Assembly (NCBI GenBank): GCA_035296885.1
Contig: DATHAB010000055.1
Span: 1 to 55,839, forward strand
DNA: 55,839 bases
Direction of reading: 5' to 3'
Origin: Rubrobacteraceae bacterium
GTDB lineage: Bacteria; Actinomycetota; Rubrobacteria; Rubrobacterales; Rubrobacteraceae
Shown here: piece after piece, positions 39,576 through 48,839 of the stretch
Layout: each line of letters opens with the position of its first letter
How positions within the stretch are numbered: position 1 is the stretch's first letter
The notes under the pieces: model-generated
What the model saw: the letters and a program-made list of their open reading frames with translations, nothing else
The model's database searches: none
What the model was told of the DNA's origin: nothing
Translations under genes and position numbers: made by a program

Positions 39576-40859
39576 CTAGCTTCTCCCGCCCGCTTTCGGC
39601 CTGTCGTCTATAGGGCCCCCTCCCGGGCTACCCCCCTCGACCCCGAAACCAAACCACTCCTTGACCGCGGACACTATGCTACCAAAACCGAGCGTCCCTG
39701 CACCTTTAATCTTCGGTCTAAGGTCATCGTTTTTCGCGGCGAAGTATAACAGACCCACGGCGGTCGAATATTGAGGCTTTCGTACAGGTTCAGTATCGCC
39801 CTTTATTCGACGGGGCCTGGCTATCCGAACGTGCATACCGAGGATCTTCTCCGCAAGCTCGTCCATACCCTCCAGAAGAGAGCCCCCACCGGTAAGGACG
39901 GCCCCCCCCGGCAGAAGGTTTTGGACCCGGGCCTCCTCCAAAGAGTCGCGAGTACATTCGAGTACCTCACGGGCCCGGTACTCCAAAATCTCGCTGATAA
40001 AGTGAGCATTGTAGTGCCTGTCTTCGAGCTTGACAGCGGCCACGTCGTCGACCGTACGAGAGAGGACGGTCCCATACTTAAGTTTCAGCCGATCGGCGGT
40101 CTCGAAGGGGACTTTTAAGCCGTAGGCGACATCTGTGGAGAAGCTCTCGCCGCCGAGGGGGATGACGGCAGTGTGGGTCAAGGCACCGCGCAGGAACGTC
40201 GCGACATCTGTCGTGCCGCCGCCAATATCCACGAGGGCGACACCCAAAGAGCGGTCCTCCTCGACCAAGCACGCCTCGCTCGAGGCTAGAGGTTCCAGGA
40301 CGACGCGCGAGACCTTCACGTCGCAGTCCTCGACCGCCCCGAGAAGGTTCTGAACGCTCGAGATTGCGCCACTCACCACGTGAGCACGCATTGTTACCTT
40401 TCGCGCCGCCAGACCTGCCGGATGCTTGACACCCTCGGTACCGTCGAGGACAAAGGAGCGGGGGACGACGTGGATCACCTTCTCGTCCTCACCAAGGTCG
40501 ACACGTCGCGCCTCGTTCTCCAACTGCTTTACAAAACGGCTGGTGACGACCCGACTGCGGCTCCGGTTGAGGAGGGTCACCTCAGTGTTAAAGGAGGTGA
40601 TATGGCTACCAGCGATACCGACGCTCACCAACGCACCCCGCGAGAAGCCCCCGCAAGCCTCAATCGCCTCGGTTACCGACTCGGTCGCCGCCTCCCGGTC
40701 CACGATCACGCCGCGCTTTAAGCCGTAGCTCGGCGCCTCCCCCATGCTTAGGACCTCTACCCATCCCCGACGACCGTCCGCCCGGCCAGCGATAGCTACT
40801 ATCTTCGTTGTGCCCACGTCTATCCCGTAGATCAGCTGCGATGCCAAGGAGCTTCCCAA
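39576..40859 (-). CDS. ftsA: Cell division protein FtsA
   Basis: GIDVGTTKI, DIGGGTTD, LTGGG, YSTAVGL, C-terminal amphipathic helix VKEWF. Confidence 0.96.
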   Translation of the reverse strand: MGSSLASQLIYGIDVGTTKIVAIAGRADGRRGWVEVLSMGEAPSYGLKRGVIVDREAATESVTEAIEACGGFSRGALVSVGIAGSHITSFNTEVTLLNRSRSRVVTSRFVKQLENEARRVDLGEDEKVIHVVPRSFVLDGTEGVKHPAGLAARKVTMRAHVVSGAISSVQNLLGAVEDCDVKVSRVVLEPLASSEACLVEEDRSLGVALVDIGGGTTDVATFLRGALTHTAVIPLGGESFSTDVAYGLKVPFETADRLKLKYGTVLSRTVDDVAAVKLEDRHYNAHFISEILEYRAREVLECTRDSLEEARVQNLLPGGAVLTGGGSLLEGMDELAEKILGMHVRIARPRRIKGDTEPVRKPQYSTAVGLLYFAAKNDDLRPKIKGAGTLGFGSIVSAVKEWFGFGVEGGSPGGGPIDDRPKAGGRS

Positions 40860-41570
40860 CTAACCGCTCGAACTTTCATGCTTCCTACGAAACTCTTCAT
40901 CGGGCTCCGCGCCAACCACCACTCTGTTCGGTGAGCGAAGATCGAAATAAGGAGAGTCGAGGTGCTTATACATAAAATTGGTAAGCCCCCGAGCCTGAGC
41001 CTCTTCCACCCCCTCACTAAAGAGGAGGTGGCGATCCCCAACTGTCGCCTCAACGCCCCCAGCGCCGACCTTGTCGACCGAATCGAGCACGACTCCGTTC
41101 TCCTCCAACACCTTTCCGACTCTCGAAATCTCCTCTAGCTGCGTCTCGTCAAGCCCGACCCGTTCGAGGTCGGCACCTCCGAGCCCCGGAAGCTCCGTAC
41201 CGTCCGCCGCCAGCACCACCCGGCGTTCGCCTAGATCTCCGTCCATAACAGCTCTACGTTCTTCAACCTCAACCGTAACTATACCGGACTCCCAATCCTT
41301 GAGCACCTTTGCACCTTTAACCCAAGGATTACTCTTTACACTGTTTTCGAGGCTTTCCGTGTTGAGCGAGAGGAGGCTGGCGTAGTTAGGGACAGACTCC
41401 CAGACCTCTGTTTCAGGGAACATGCGGGCTCCCTGAACTTCTATGCCGGTTACAGGGTAGAGCAGGTAGGAGGCGACGAAAGCAGATAGGGCGGTGAGAA
41501 TAGCTACGGAGACCGAGATCGCGACGGGCCTTAGAAGCTTTCTAAAAAGGAGGAGAAGTCGGTGCGACAA
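40860..41570 (-). CDS. ftsQ: Cell division protein FtsQ/DivIB
   Basis: Single TM, POTRA-like NPWVK...VEVEER, C-terminal YFDLR; lies before ftsA. Confidence 0.85.
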   Translation of the reverse strand: MSHRLLLLFRKLLRPVAISVSVAILTALSAFVASYLLYPVTGIEVQGARMFPETEVWESVPNYASLLSLNTESLENSVKSNPWVKGAKVLKDWESGIVTVEVEERRAVMDGDLGERRVVLAADGTELPGLGGADLERVGLDETQLEEISRVGKVLEENGVVLDSVDKVGAGGVEATVGDRHLLFSEGVEEAQARGLTNFMYKHLDSPYFDLRSPNRVVVGAEPDEEFRRKHESSSG

Positions 41571-41583
41571 GTCTCTCTGCTTC

Positions 41584-42939
41584 CTAGCCGCCGCTGCTCA
41601 CCATCGCCAGCAGCTCGTCGCCCACCCGCGAGATGTCTCCCGCACCCATGGTCAGGACGATATCCTTTGGCTCGGTGATGGCTTTAAGTACGCCCGGCAG
41701 GTCGTGCTGATCGGGGATGTAGTAGACATCGGGGTGGATGGAGCCCTCGCAAACGGCGTCCACGATGAGCTTACCGCTTACCCCGGGTTCAGGCATCTCG
41801 CCCGCACCGTAGACCTCGGTGATAAGGACGGCATCTGCGCTGGAGAGGGCCTCGCCGAACTCGCGATAGAGGGTGCGGGTCCGCGAGTAGCGGTGCGGCT
41901 GGAAGACCGCTATTACCCGGCCTTTTTGCGGAAGGGTCGCCCGTGCCACCTCGAGCGTTGCCGAGAGCTCCGTCGGGTGATGGGCGTAGTCGTCGATTAT
42001 GCGAACCTCGCCACGCTCACCCTTAAACTGGAAGCGTCGTCTCACCCCAGAGAAATCTTTAAGGCTCGTGGCAGCTTTGTAAGCATCGTGGCCGAGCCAG
42101 CGGGCCACACCCGCCGCGGCCAGGGAATTTAAAGCGTTGTGCTTCCCCAAGACCCCGAGCTCGACCTTACCCCGCTCCTCGCCGCTCTCGAAAAGTACGT
42201 AGGAGTTGGGGGAGAGTATCTTCGCGCAGAGATCTCCTGCCGACAAGCCGTAGGTCGTGACGGGGCAGGGAGCGATAGTCGTCAATGCTGCGCAGTTCGG
42301 GTCATCGGCATAAGCGACCAGGTGACCTTCAGGAGGCAGGGCTTTAACGAACTTCTTAAAGGTCTCGAGGACGTCGTCGAGGGAGGAGTAAAAGTCTGGG
42401 TGATCGAACTCGACGTTGGTGATGGCGGCGGCTTCGGGCTTGAGATAGAGTAGCGACCTGTCGCTCTCGTCGGCCTCGGCGATAAATAGGTCGGTGCCTC
42501 CTGAGACGACGTTGCTCCCGATATCGTTTAGCTCGCCACCGATGAGGGCAGTTGGACGCTCGCCCAGCGCCCTCAAAGCGTGCGTCGTCATGCTCGTGGT
42601 TGTGGTTTTGCCGTGGGTGCCGGCGATGGCGATACTCCGACCGTCCGCGAGTATCTGAGCCAGGGCAGCGGCTCGGGGAACGATAGGGATCGAGCGCCGC
42701 CGGGCTTCAAGGAGCTCGGGGTTCGTGGAAGGGATGGCCGTGGAGATTACCAGCTCCTCGGCGTCCCCGATCTGGTGTACGGCGTGCCCGATGTACACCC
42801 TTATGCCCATGCTCTCGAGTCTTCGGGTGTAAGGGGACTCCTTGAGGTCCGAACCGGTGAGTTCATGTCCGCTCTTGTGCAACACCTCGGCGATACCGCT
42901 CATTCCGGCGCCACCGATACCTATCATGTGTATCTTCAC
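41584..42939 (-). CDS. murC: UDP-N-acetylmuramate--L-alanine ligase
   Basis: GIGGAGMS, GTHGKTTT, EADESD, DDYAHHP, FQPHRYSR. Confidence 0.98.
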   Translation of the reverse strand: MKIHMIGIGGAGMSGIAEVLHKSGHELTGSDLKESPYTRRLESMGIRVYIGHAVHQIGDAEELVISTAIPSTNPELLEARRRSIPIVPRAAALAQILADGRSIAIAGTHGKTTTTSMTTHALRALGERPTALIGGELNDIGSNVVSGGTDLFIAEADESDRSLLYLKPEAAAITNVEFDHPDFYSSLDDVLETFKKFVKALPPEGHLVAYADDPNCAALTTIAPCPVTTYGLSAGDLCAKILSPNSYVLFESGEERGKVELGVLGKHNALNSLAAAGVARWLGHDAYKAATSLKDFSGVRRRFQFKGERGEVRIIDDYAHHPTELSATLEVARATLPQKGRVIAVFQPHRYSRTRTLYREFGEALSSADAVLITEVYGAGEMPEPGVSGKLIVDAVCEGSIHPDVYYIPDQHDLPGVLKAITEPKDIVLTMGAGDISRVGDELLAMVSSGG

Positions 42940-44051
42940 GATCGTCTTCCTTTCGTACTCCTAGCCGCCACAAGCAGCCGCTCGGCGACCTTGCCAGCAG
43001 CCTCGGGCGTCGCCCAGGTTCGCATGTTGGTCGCGAGCTTCTCCCGGCGCGTGTCGTCCTCGAGCAGATCTTCTACACGGGCACGCAAAGCGTATGCAGT
43101 TACTTCCTCATCGCGCAGAAGCTCGGCCGCGAACCTTTCTGTGAAGTACCGGGCGTTGTGGAGTTGGTGATCCCCGGTAGCGTAGGGATAGGGGACGAGG
43201 ATCGAGGCCCTCCCCACCGCCGCCGCATCGAACAGGGAGCCGGCGCCCGCCCGCATCACTACCACGTCAGCTGTGGCTAAAGATTGCCAGATCTCCTCCT
43301 CGTACTCGACGATCTTATGCCGCGGGTTGTTCGTCGAGAGGCGAGCAAAGTCTCTTCTACCAGAGATCTGAACAACGGTATATGGCGTCGTGCCTTGGAA
43401 GGCCTCGACCGCCGCGAGGTTCAACTTGAGGGCGCCGCCGCTCCCGCCGAAGATCAGGACCACCGGCGGCTCGAGCCCGAGCCTTCTCAAGGCCTCGTCT
43501 CTCGACACTTCGAAGAGCTCCTCGCGTGTTGGCATGCCTACGCGGAAGGCATCCCGTAAGTAATCGGCTGCGGCGGGAAATGTCACGAAGACCTCTCTTG
43601 TAAACCGGCTCGCGAAGCGGTTGACCCTGCCGGGAACGGAATTCTGCTCGTGTAGGAAGGTTGGAATACCTAACGTGTTTGCTGCGAGCACTGCCGGGGC
43701 GCTCGCATAGCCGCCTACACCTAAAACTGCGCCGGGACGAAAATCTCTTAGGAGGGCGCGGCAATGCCTGATGGCTCTGAAGAAAAGAAGGCCGGCACGA
43801 GCGCGTGCCAAAGGACCGCCCGAGAGCCCTGCGAGGGGTAGAGAGTGCAAGGTGTAGCCCGCCTTCGGGAAGATCTCGGATTCTATCCCCAAGGTCGAGC
43901 CGACGAACTCGACAGCGGCTCCCCTTGCGCGCAGTTCATCCGCCACGCAGAGCGCGGGGATCGCGTGCCCCCCCGTCCCGCCGCCGGCGATCAAGACGTG
44001 TGGGGCGTTTTGAGGTTTTGCGGGGTTTGGCTTCACGTGCTTTCTCACCAT
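42936..44051 (-). CDS. murG: Lipid II GlcNAc transferase
   Basis: GGGTGGH, GGYAS, HEQN, GGSGGA, HQLHNA. Confidence 0.97.
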   Translation of the reverse strand: MVRKHVKPNPAKPQNAPHVLIAGGGTGGHAIPALCVADELRARGAAVEFVGSTLGIESEIFPKAGYTLHSLPLAGLSGGPLARARAGLLFFRAIRHCRALLRDFRPGAVLGVGGYASAPAVLAANTLGIPTFLHEQNSVPGRVNRFASRFTREVFVTFPAAADYLRDAFRVGMPTREELFEVSRDEALRRLGLEPPVVLIFGGSGGALKLNLAAVEAFQGTTPYTVVQISGRRDFARLSTNNPRHKIVEYEEEIWQSLATADVVVMRAGAGSLFDAAAVGRASILVPYPYATGDHQLHNARYFTERFAAELLRDEEVTAYALRARVEDLLEDDTRREKLATNMRTWATPEAAGKVAERLLVAARSTKGRRS

Positions 44052-45111
44052 CCTCCGATATTCGGTAGAGGATTCCCACGGCGGCGAAGCAGATGAGTAC
44101 GCTCGAGCCGCCGTAGCTGACGAAAGGGAGGGTTATACCAGCCAGGGGAACGGAGCCCATAGCCGCCCCGAGGTTACAGGTTGCCTGGACAGCGAATATG
44201 GTGGCGAGACCCGCCGCCAGGCACCGAGCCATTACCGACGGGGCGTTCAACGCGATCTTGAACCCCGCAAGCGCAAGAAAAGCAAAGGCACCGATCACGC
44301 TCACCATACCTAAAAGGCCGAGCTCCTCACCGATGAGGGCGAAGATCATATCTGTCTGTGCCTCGGGTATAGAGACGTCCCCGACCCCGGCCCCGGCCCC
44401 AGTCCCAAAAAAACTGCCCGCCTTTATTGCAACCATGGACTGCACGATTTGGTACCCGGAGCCATCAGAAACGCTCCACGGGTCTAGAAAAGTTAGAAAG
44501 CGGTCTCGCCTATAGGGTTCTAGGAGCATTACCCCGAAAAGCGCCGCGAACGCCACCCCGCCAAAGGCCAGTAGATTTATGGTCCTTAGTTCCGAAGCCC
44601 ACAAGACTCCGGCCGTGCCAGCCGCGATTACCACCGAGGTACCGAAGTCGGGCTCGATGAGCACGAGTCCGAAGAGTAACCCCACAGCCAATACCGGCCA
44701 TACGGGCAACCCCGATCCCGAACGTGTTCGGGCTACCGCGCAGGAGAGCAAGAGGATCGCCGCCAGCTTCGCAAACTCCGCTGGCTGTAAGCTCATAGGC
44801 CCTAGATCAAACCACCTGCGCGCCCCGCCGACCTCGGTCCCTATCCCCGGAATCAGAACCAAGATAAGGCTCACGAGCACGACGAGGTAGAAGGCTGGCA
44901 TGACCTTACGCCACGCGGTGTAACGCACCTGTTTCGCTACGAAAAACGCGAGAACTCCGAGCGTTAAGTGCGCGAAGCGCACAACAAGGTACTGCGTCCC
45001 GTACTCCTTGGAGGTCGCAGAGTAGACCATGACGTTCCCGAGCAACGAGAGCCCCAAAGCCACCGTGAAGAGGTTCATCCGGAGCGAGGTCACCGGCCAG
45101 TGCTCCCCCAT
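43936..45111 (-). CDS. ftsW: SEDS peptidoglycan polymerase FtsW
   Basis: GARRW, QPAEFAK, EPDFGT, IPEAQTD, GITLPFVSYGGSS. Confidence 0.95.
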   Translation of the reverse strand: MGEHWPVTSLRMNLFTVALGLSLLGNVMVYSATSKEYGTQYLVVRFAHLTLGVLAFFVAKQVRYTAWRKVMPAFYLVVLVSLILVLIPGIGTEVGGARRWFDLGPMSLQPAEFAKLAAILLLSCAVARTRSGSGLPVWPVLAVGLLFGLVLIEPDFGTSVVIAAGTAGVLWASELRTINLLAFGGVAFAALFGVMLLEPYRRDRFLTFLDPWSVSDGSGYQIVQSMVAIKAGSFFGTGAGAGVGDVSIPEAQTDMIFALIGEELGLLGMVSVIGAFAFLALAGFKIALNAPSVMARCLAAGLATIFAVQATCNLGAAMGSVPLAGITLPFVSYGGSSVLICFAAVGILYRISEDGEKAREAKPRKTSKRPTRLDRRRRDGGARDPRALRGG

Positions 45112-46472
45112 ACCGGGTCGCGCTCATCGCGCCCGCAGTTCGCCGCGGCCACAAGCCCGGCGAAGGCTGCCCCTCTCTCCGCATATCCCGCGAACTGGTC
45201 GAAGCTCGCGCATCCCGGCGAGAGCAGAACCACGTCTCCAGGAAGAGATATCTTACGCGCCTCGGCCACTGCGGACGCGAGATCCGGGACCAGAAAAACC
45301 TCTGCCAGCGTGTCGTCTTGTCTCTTTAGAAAATCAAATACCCTAGGCCCCGCCTCTCCCTGGCATACGACCGCCCGGCAGCGCTGAAGATGTGGCACTA
45401 CCTCAGAAAAATTCGTCTCCTTCTCCGAACCGCCTAAGATTAGAACTACAGAACCCTCGAAGCTTGCGAGTGCCGCCGCGGCCGCCGCCGGGTTGGTAGC
45501 TTTAGAGTCGTCCACGTAGGCCACCCCGTCACACTCCGCTACGACCCGCATCCTGTGTGGCTTGGTAGCGTAGCCGAGAAGACCCGCTCGGATATCCGGG
45601 ACGTTGCTGACGAACCTCCTGGCTGCTGCCGCCGCAAAGAGCGCATTCTCGTAGTTATGCATCCCCAAGAACGGCAGTTCTTCGACGGTGGCGATCTTTT
45701 GTCCCCGCAAGTAGAGGTATTCTCCTTCGACCGTTGTCTCACCCTCCCCAATCACAAGCGTCTGTGCGGTGAGTCTCTCGGCGGCCTTTTGGCTCATCGG
45801 ATCTGTGGCGCTGACGAGCGCGAGATCCTCAGGCTCCTGCCCGTCAAAGATGCGCAGCTTGTCGGCGGCGTACTCCTCGAAGGAGACATGCCAGTTGAGG
45901 TGGTCGGGCCGGATGTTCAAGAGCGCCGCAACGTCGAAGCCCGGCTCCTTAAGGTAGTGCAGCTGAAAAGAGGAAACCTCCAGGACGAGCAAGCCCGCCT
46001 CCCGAACCTCGTCCAGACAACCGGTAAGGGCTCGCCAGGAGTTACCAGCGACTGCGTGCGCAAGGCCCGATGCAGCGAGAATGCTACGCAGCATGTCCAC
46101 AACGGTCGTCTTACCGTTCGTTCCAGTTACGGCTGCAACCTTCACCTCCGGGGCCTCGGCTTTGAGCAGCTCGAGCCCCAACGCAATTTCGGAGAGAACT
46201 GGTACGCCCTCGCTCTCGGCAAAGGCGAGCACCTCGTTTCTCGGCCGGATGCCCGGGCTCGTCACGACGCGGTCGAAGCCTTCTGTTAAAGCTTCCGCTC
46301 CTGCCCCGAGTCGCCCGTCGACACCAAGCTCCAACACGAGACGCTTCAACTTATCCGAGTCATTCGAGTCGGCCACGACCACCTCCTCGCCTCTCTCGAT
46401 AAGAGCGCGAGCGGCGGCGATGCCAGACTCACCTAGTCCGTAGACAAGCGTCTTTTTGCTTCGAGGAATCAT
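45090..46472 (-). CDS. murD: UDP-MurNAc-L-Ala--D-glutamate ligase
   Basis: GLGESG, TGTNGKTT, EVSSFQL, DDSKATN, LSPGCASFDQF. Confidence 0.98.
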   Translation of the reverse strand: MIPRSKKTLVYGLGESGIAAARALIERGEEVVVADSNDSDKLKRLVLELGVDGRLGAGAEALTEGFDRVVTSPGIRPRNEVLAFAESEGVPVLSEIALGLELLKAEAPEVKVAAVTGTNGKTTVVDMLRSILAASGLAHAVAGNSWRALTGCLDEVREAGLLVLEVSSFQLHYLKEPGFDVAALLNIRPDHLNWHVSFEEYAADKLRIFDGQEPEDLALVSATDPMSQKAAERLTAQTLVIGEGETTVEGEYLYLRGQKIATVEELPFLGMHNYENALFAAAAARRFVSNVPDIRAGLLGYATKPHRMRVVAECDGVAYVDDSKATNPAAAAAALASFEGSVVLILGGSEKETNFSEVVPHLQRCRAVVCQGEAGPRVFDFLKRQDDTLAEVFLVPDLASAVAEARKISLPGDVVLLSPGCASFDQFAGYAERGAAFAGLVAAANCGRDERDPVWGSTGR

Positions 46473-47464
46473 ACGGCATCGTTGTAGAGGGTGAAGTAGT
46501 AGAGGACGAACCCGGAAGAGGCGAAGACGGCTTGTATGATCCAGAACCGCACCACTACCTTATTCTCCTCCCATCCGGAGAGCTCGAAGTGGTGGTGGAT
46601 CGGGGCCATCTTGAAGACCCGCCTTCCCTTGAGCTTAAAAGAAACATACTGAAGGATGACCGAAAGTGTCTCCATGACGAAGACCCCGCCTATTATTGGC
46701 AAAAGTAGTTCTGTCTTGGTGAGCACGGCCGCTGCAGCCAGGACGCCGCCAATGGCTAAAGCACCTGTATCGCCCATAAAAACCTGGGCTGGATGGGAGT
46801 TAAACCAGAGAAAGCCGATGATCGCCCCGACCATCGCCCCGCAGATTATCGCCAGGTCATATTGGCGCTCTAAGAACGCGATCGCTGTGTAGGCCAAAAG
46901 CGCGATACCCCCAGCCCCGGCCGCAAGTCCGTCTAGGCCGTCGGTGAGGTTCACAGCGTTGGTCGTGCCGACTACTACCAGGAGCATGAGGAAGCTAAAG
47001 AGTGCGACCCCTATGACTCCGGGTCCGAGTACCAGGTTCCTGTCAAAACCGGGGAGGACGACGTTCTGCGTTACGCCCACGTAGCGTAAAGCCATAACGT
47101 CTGCTACCACGACCGCGAGTATTAAGAGGAGTGCCTTGTAGCGAGCGCTCAAGCCCTCGTTGCGCCTGTTAGAGATCTTCTGCCAGTCATCGTAGAGCCC
47201 TATCCCCGCCACCGCCGAGACGAGAAGGAGCGTAGTTAAGGTCGCCACGTTCGGCCGGGCTACCACGAGGAGTGCCGAAGCTAAACCCACGAGCATCACC
47301 ACCCCACCCATCGTAGGCGTGCCCTGCTTGATTAGGTGCGTTTGCGGCCCCTCCTCCCGCACAAACTGCCCAAACTTCTTGGTTTGTAGAAACCTTATAA
47401 ACCTCGACCCTAAAGAGACGGTTACCACAAAGGCTATACCTGCCGCCAAGATAACGCTAAACAA
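46469..47464 (-). CDS. mraY: Phospho-MurNAc-pentapeptide transferase
   Basis: KQGTPTMGG, NAVNLTDGLDGL, FMGDTG, MAPIHHHFE. Confidence 0.98.
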   Translation of the reverse strand: MFSVILAAGIAFVVTVSLGSRFIRFLQTKKFGQFVREEGPQTHLIKQGTPTMGGVVMLVGLASALLVVARPNVATLTTLLLVSAVAGIGLYDDWQKISNRRNEGLSARYKALLLILAVVVADVMALRYVGVTQNVVLPGFDRNLVLGPGVIGVALFSFLMLLVVVGTTNAVNLTDGLDGLAAGAGGIALLAYTAIAFLERQYDLAIICGAMVGAIIGFLWFNSHPAQVFMGDTGALAIGGVLAAAAVLTKTELLLPIIGGVFVMETLSVILQYVSFKLKGRRVFKMAPIHHHFELSGWEENKVVVRFWIIQAVFASSGFVLYYFTLYNDAV

Positions 47465-48839
47465 GCGCTAACCTTTCCTTCAACCTCTGGGTCAAACGAT
47501 CCAAACCTACACCTCGAGAGCCCTTGACGACTATGTAGTCGCCGCCTCGCAGCTCACCCTCAAGTGCCTTGGCCGCCTCTTCGGCGTCTTGGTAGAACAC
47601 TGCCTCCCCAGGGTAGCCTTCGGCATACCAGCGGGCCTCGTCCCCTACGCAAACCAGAAGATCCACGCCTACCTCTCCCGCAAGCCTCCCGGCTTCCCGG
47701 TGGTACTCTCGCGCCCCGGCCCCAAGCTCGAACATACCTCCTAAAACCGCAACAAACCGCCGACCCTGTGTCTTCGCTCCCTCTGCCCCGTACCTCAATA
47801 CTGCGGCGACGGCAGCTGGCGACGCATTATAGGAGTCGTCGTAGACGAATATATCGTCCCGCAAACGATAAACCTCCCCCCTGAGTCCTGTCCGACGTAA
47901 CCTCTGAAAGCCCCGGGCACACGCCTTTAAACCCAATCCGAGGGCCAAAGCACCACCCGCCGCCGCGAGCAGCGGTTGGACTAGGTGCGTCCCGAAGACC
48001 GGGGTCTTGACTTCTACCGAACCCTCTTCCAACCCTTCTTTTACGTGCAAAGTGAAGGATAGACCGTTCTCGAGCTCCGAGATACCCGTCGCCCATAGAG
48101 TGGCGCGAGGATCAAGGCCGAAGCTGATCCGCCGTGCGAGGGTTCTTCCCGACCCTGTTGCAGACTCCAGCACGCCCACAGGAGAGACAAGGATGCCTTT
48201 TCTTTCGGGGAGTGCGAGTGCCAGCTCGCCCTTAGCAGCGGCCAAAGAATCAAGGCTTCCAAAGGAGTCCAGGTGGACCGGCGAGACGGCAGTTAGAACG
48301 CCCACCTCGGGTGGGGCGATGTGGCACAGGTGGGCAATGTCGCCTTTGTGGGTCGCGCCCATCTCCAAGACCAAGAACTCCGTACCTTCGTTGGCGCTGA
48401 GGACCGTTAAAGGAAGCCCTATCTCATTATTGAAGTTGCCCGCCGTTGCCCAAACCCTCTTTTCTGCCGTGCGCAAGATAGCCGCCAACGCGTCCTTGGC
48501 TGTGGTCTTGCCCACGGTACCTGTGATCCCGACGACCGTGGGCGATCCTTGTCTCTTGAGATTCCACCGGGCCAACTCCTGCAACGCCAAAAGGGGATCC
48601 TCAACCACCACCGTCGGTACTGAGAGTGATTTTGTAGCTACAGCCGCGACCGCCCCCTTAAGGTAAGCCTCGGGCGCAAAATCCGCTCCGTCTAACCTGC
48701 CTCGGAGTGCGAAGAACAGCTCCCCCCTGCGTACAGAGCGCGAATCCACCGACGCCCCCGCCGTAAGAGTCGTCGCATCGGCGCCCGCTAGAGTGCCGCC
48801 CAAAGCCCGTGCCACCGTCAATAAGGAGACAGGCTTCAA
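47457..48839 (-). CDS. murF: UDP-MurNAc-tripeptide--D-Ala-D-Ala ligase
   Basis: DSR, ITGTVGKTT, NNEIGLPLT, EMG, DSYNASP, KGSRG. Confidence 0.96.
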   Translation of the reverse strand: MKPVSLLTVARALGGTLAGADATTLTAGASVDSRSVRRGELFFALRGRLDGADFAPEAYLKGAVAAVATKSLSVPTVVVEDPLLALQELARWNLKRQGSPTVVGITGTVGKTTAKDALAAILRTAEKRVWATAGNFNNEIGLPLTVLSANEGTEFLVLEMGATHKGDIAHLCHIAPPEVGVLTAVSPVHLDSFGSLDSLAAAKGELALALPERKGILVSPVGVLESATGSGRTLARRISFGLDPRATLWATGISELENGLSFTLHVKEGLEEGSVEVKTPVFGTHLVQPLLAAAGGALALGLGLKACARGFQRLRRTGLRGEVYRLRDDIFVYDDSYNASPAAVAAVLRYGAEGAKTQGRRFVAVLGGMFELGAGAREYHREAGRLAGEVGVDLLVCVGDEARWYAEGYPGEAVFYQDAEEAAKALEGELRGGDYIVVKGSRGVGLDRLTQRLKERLALV

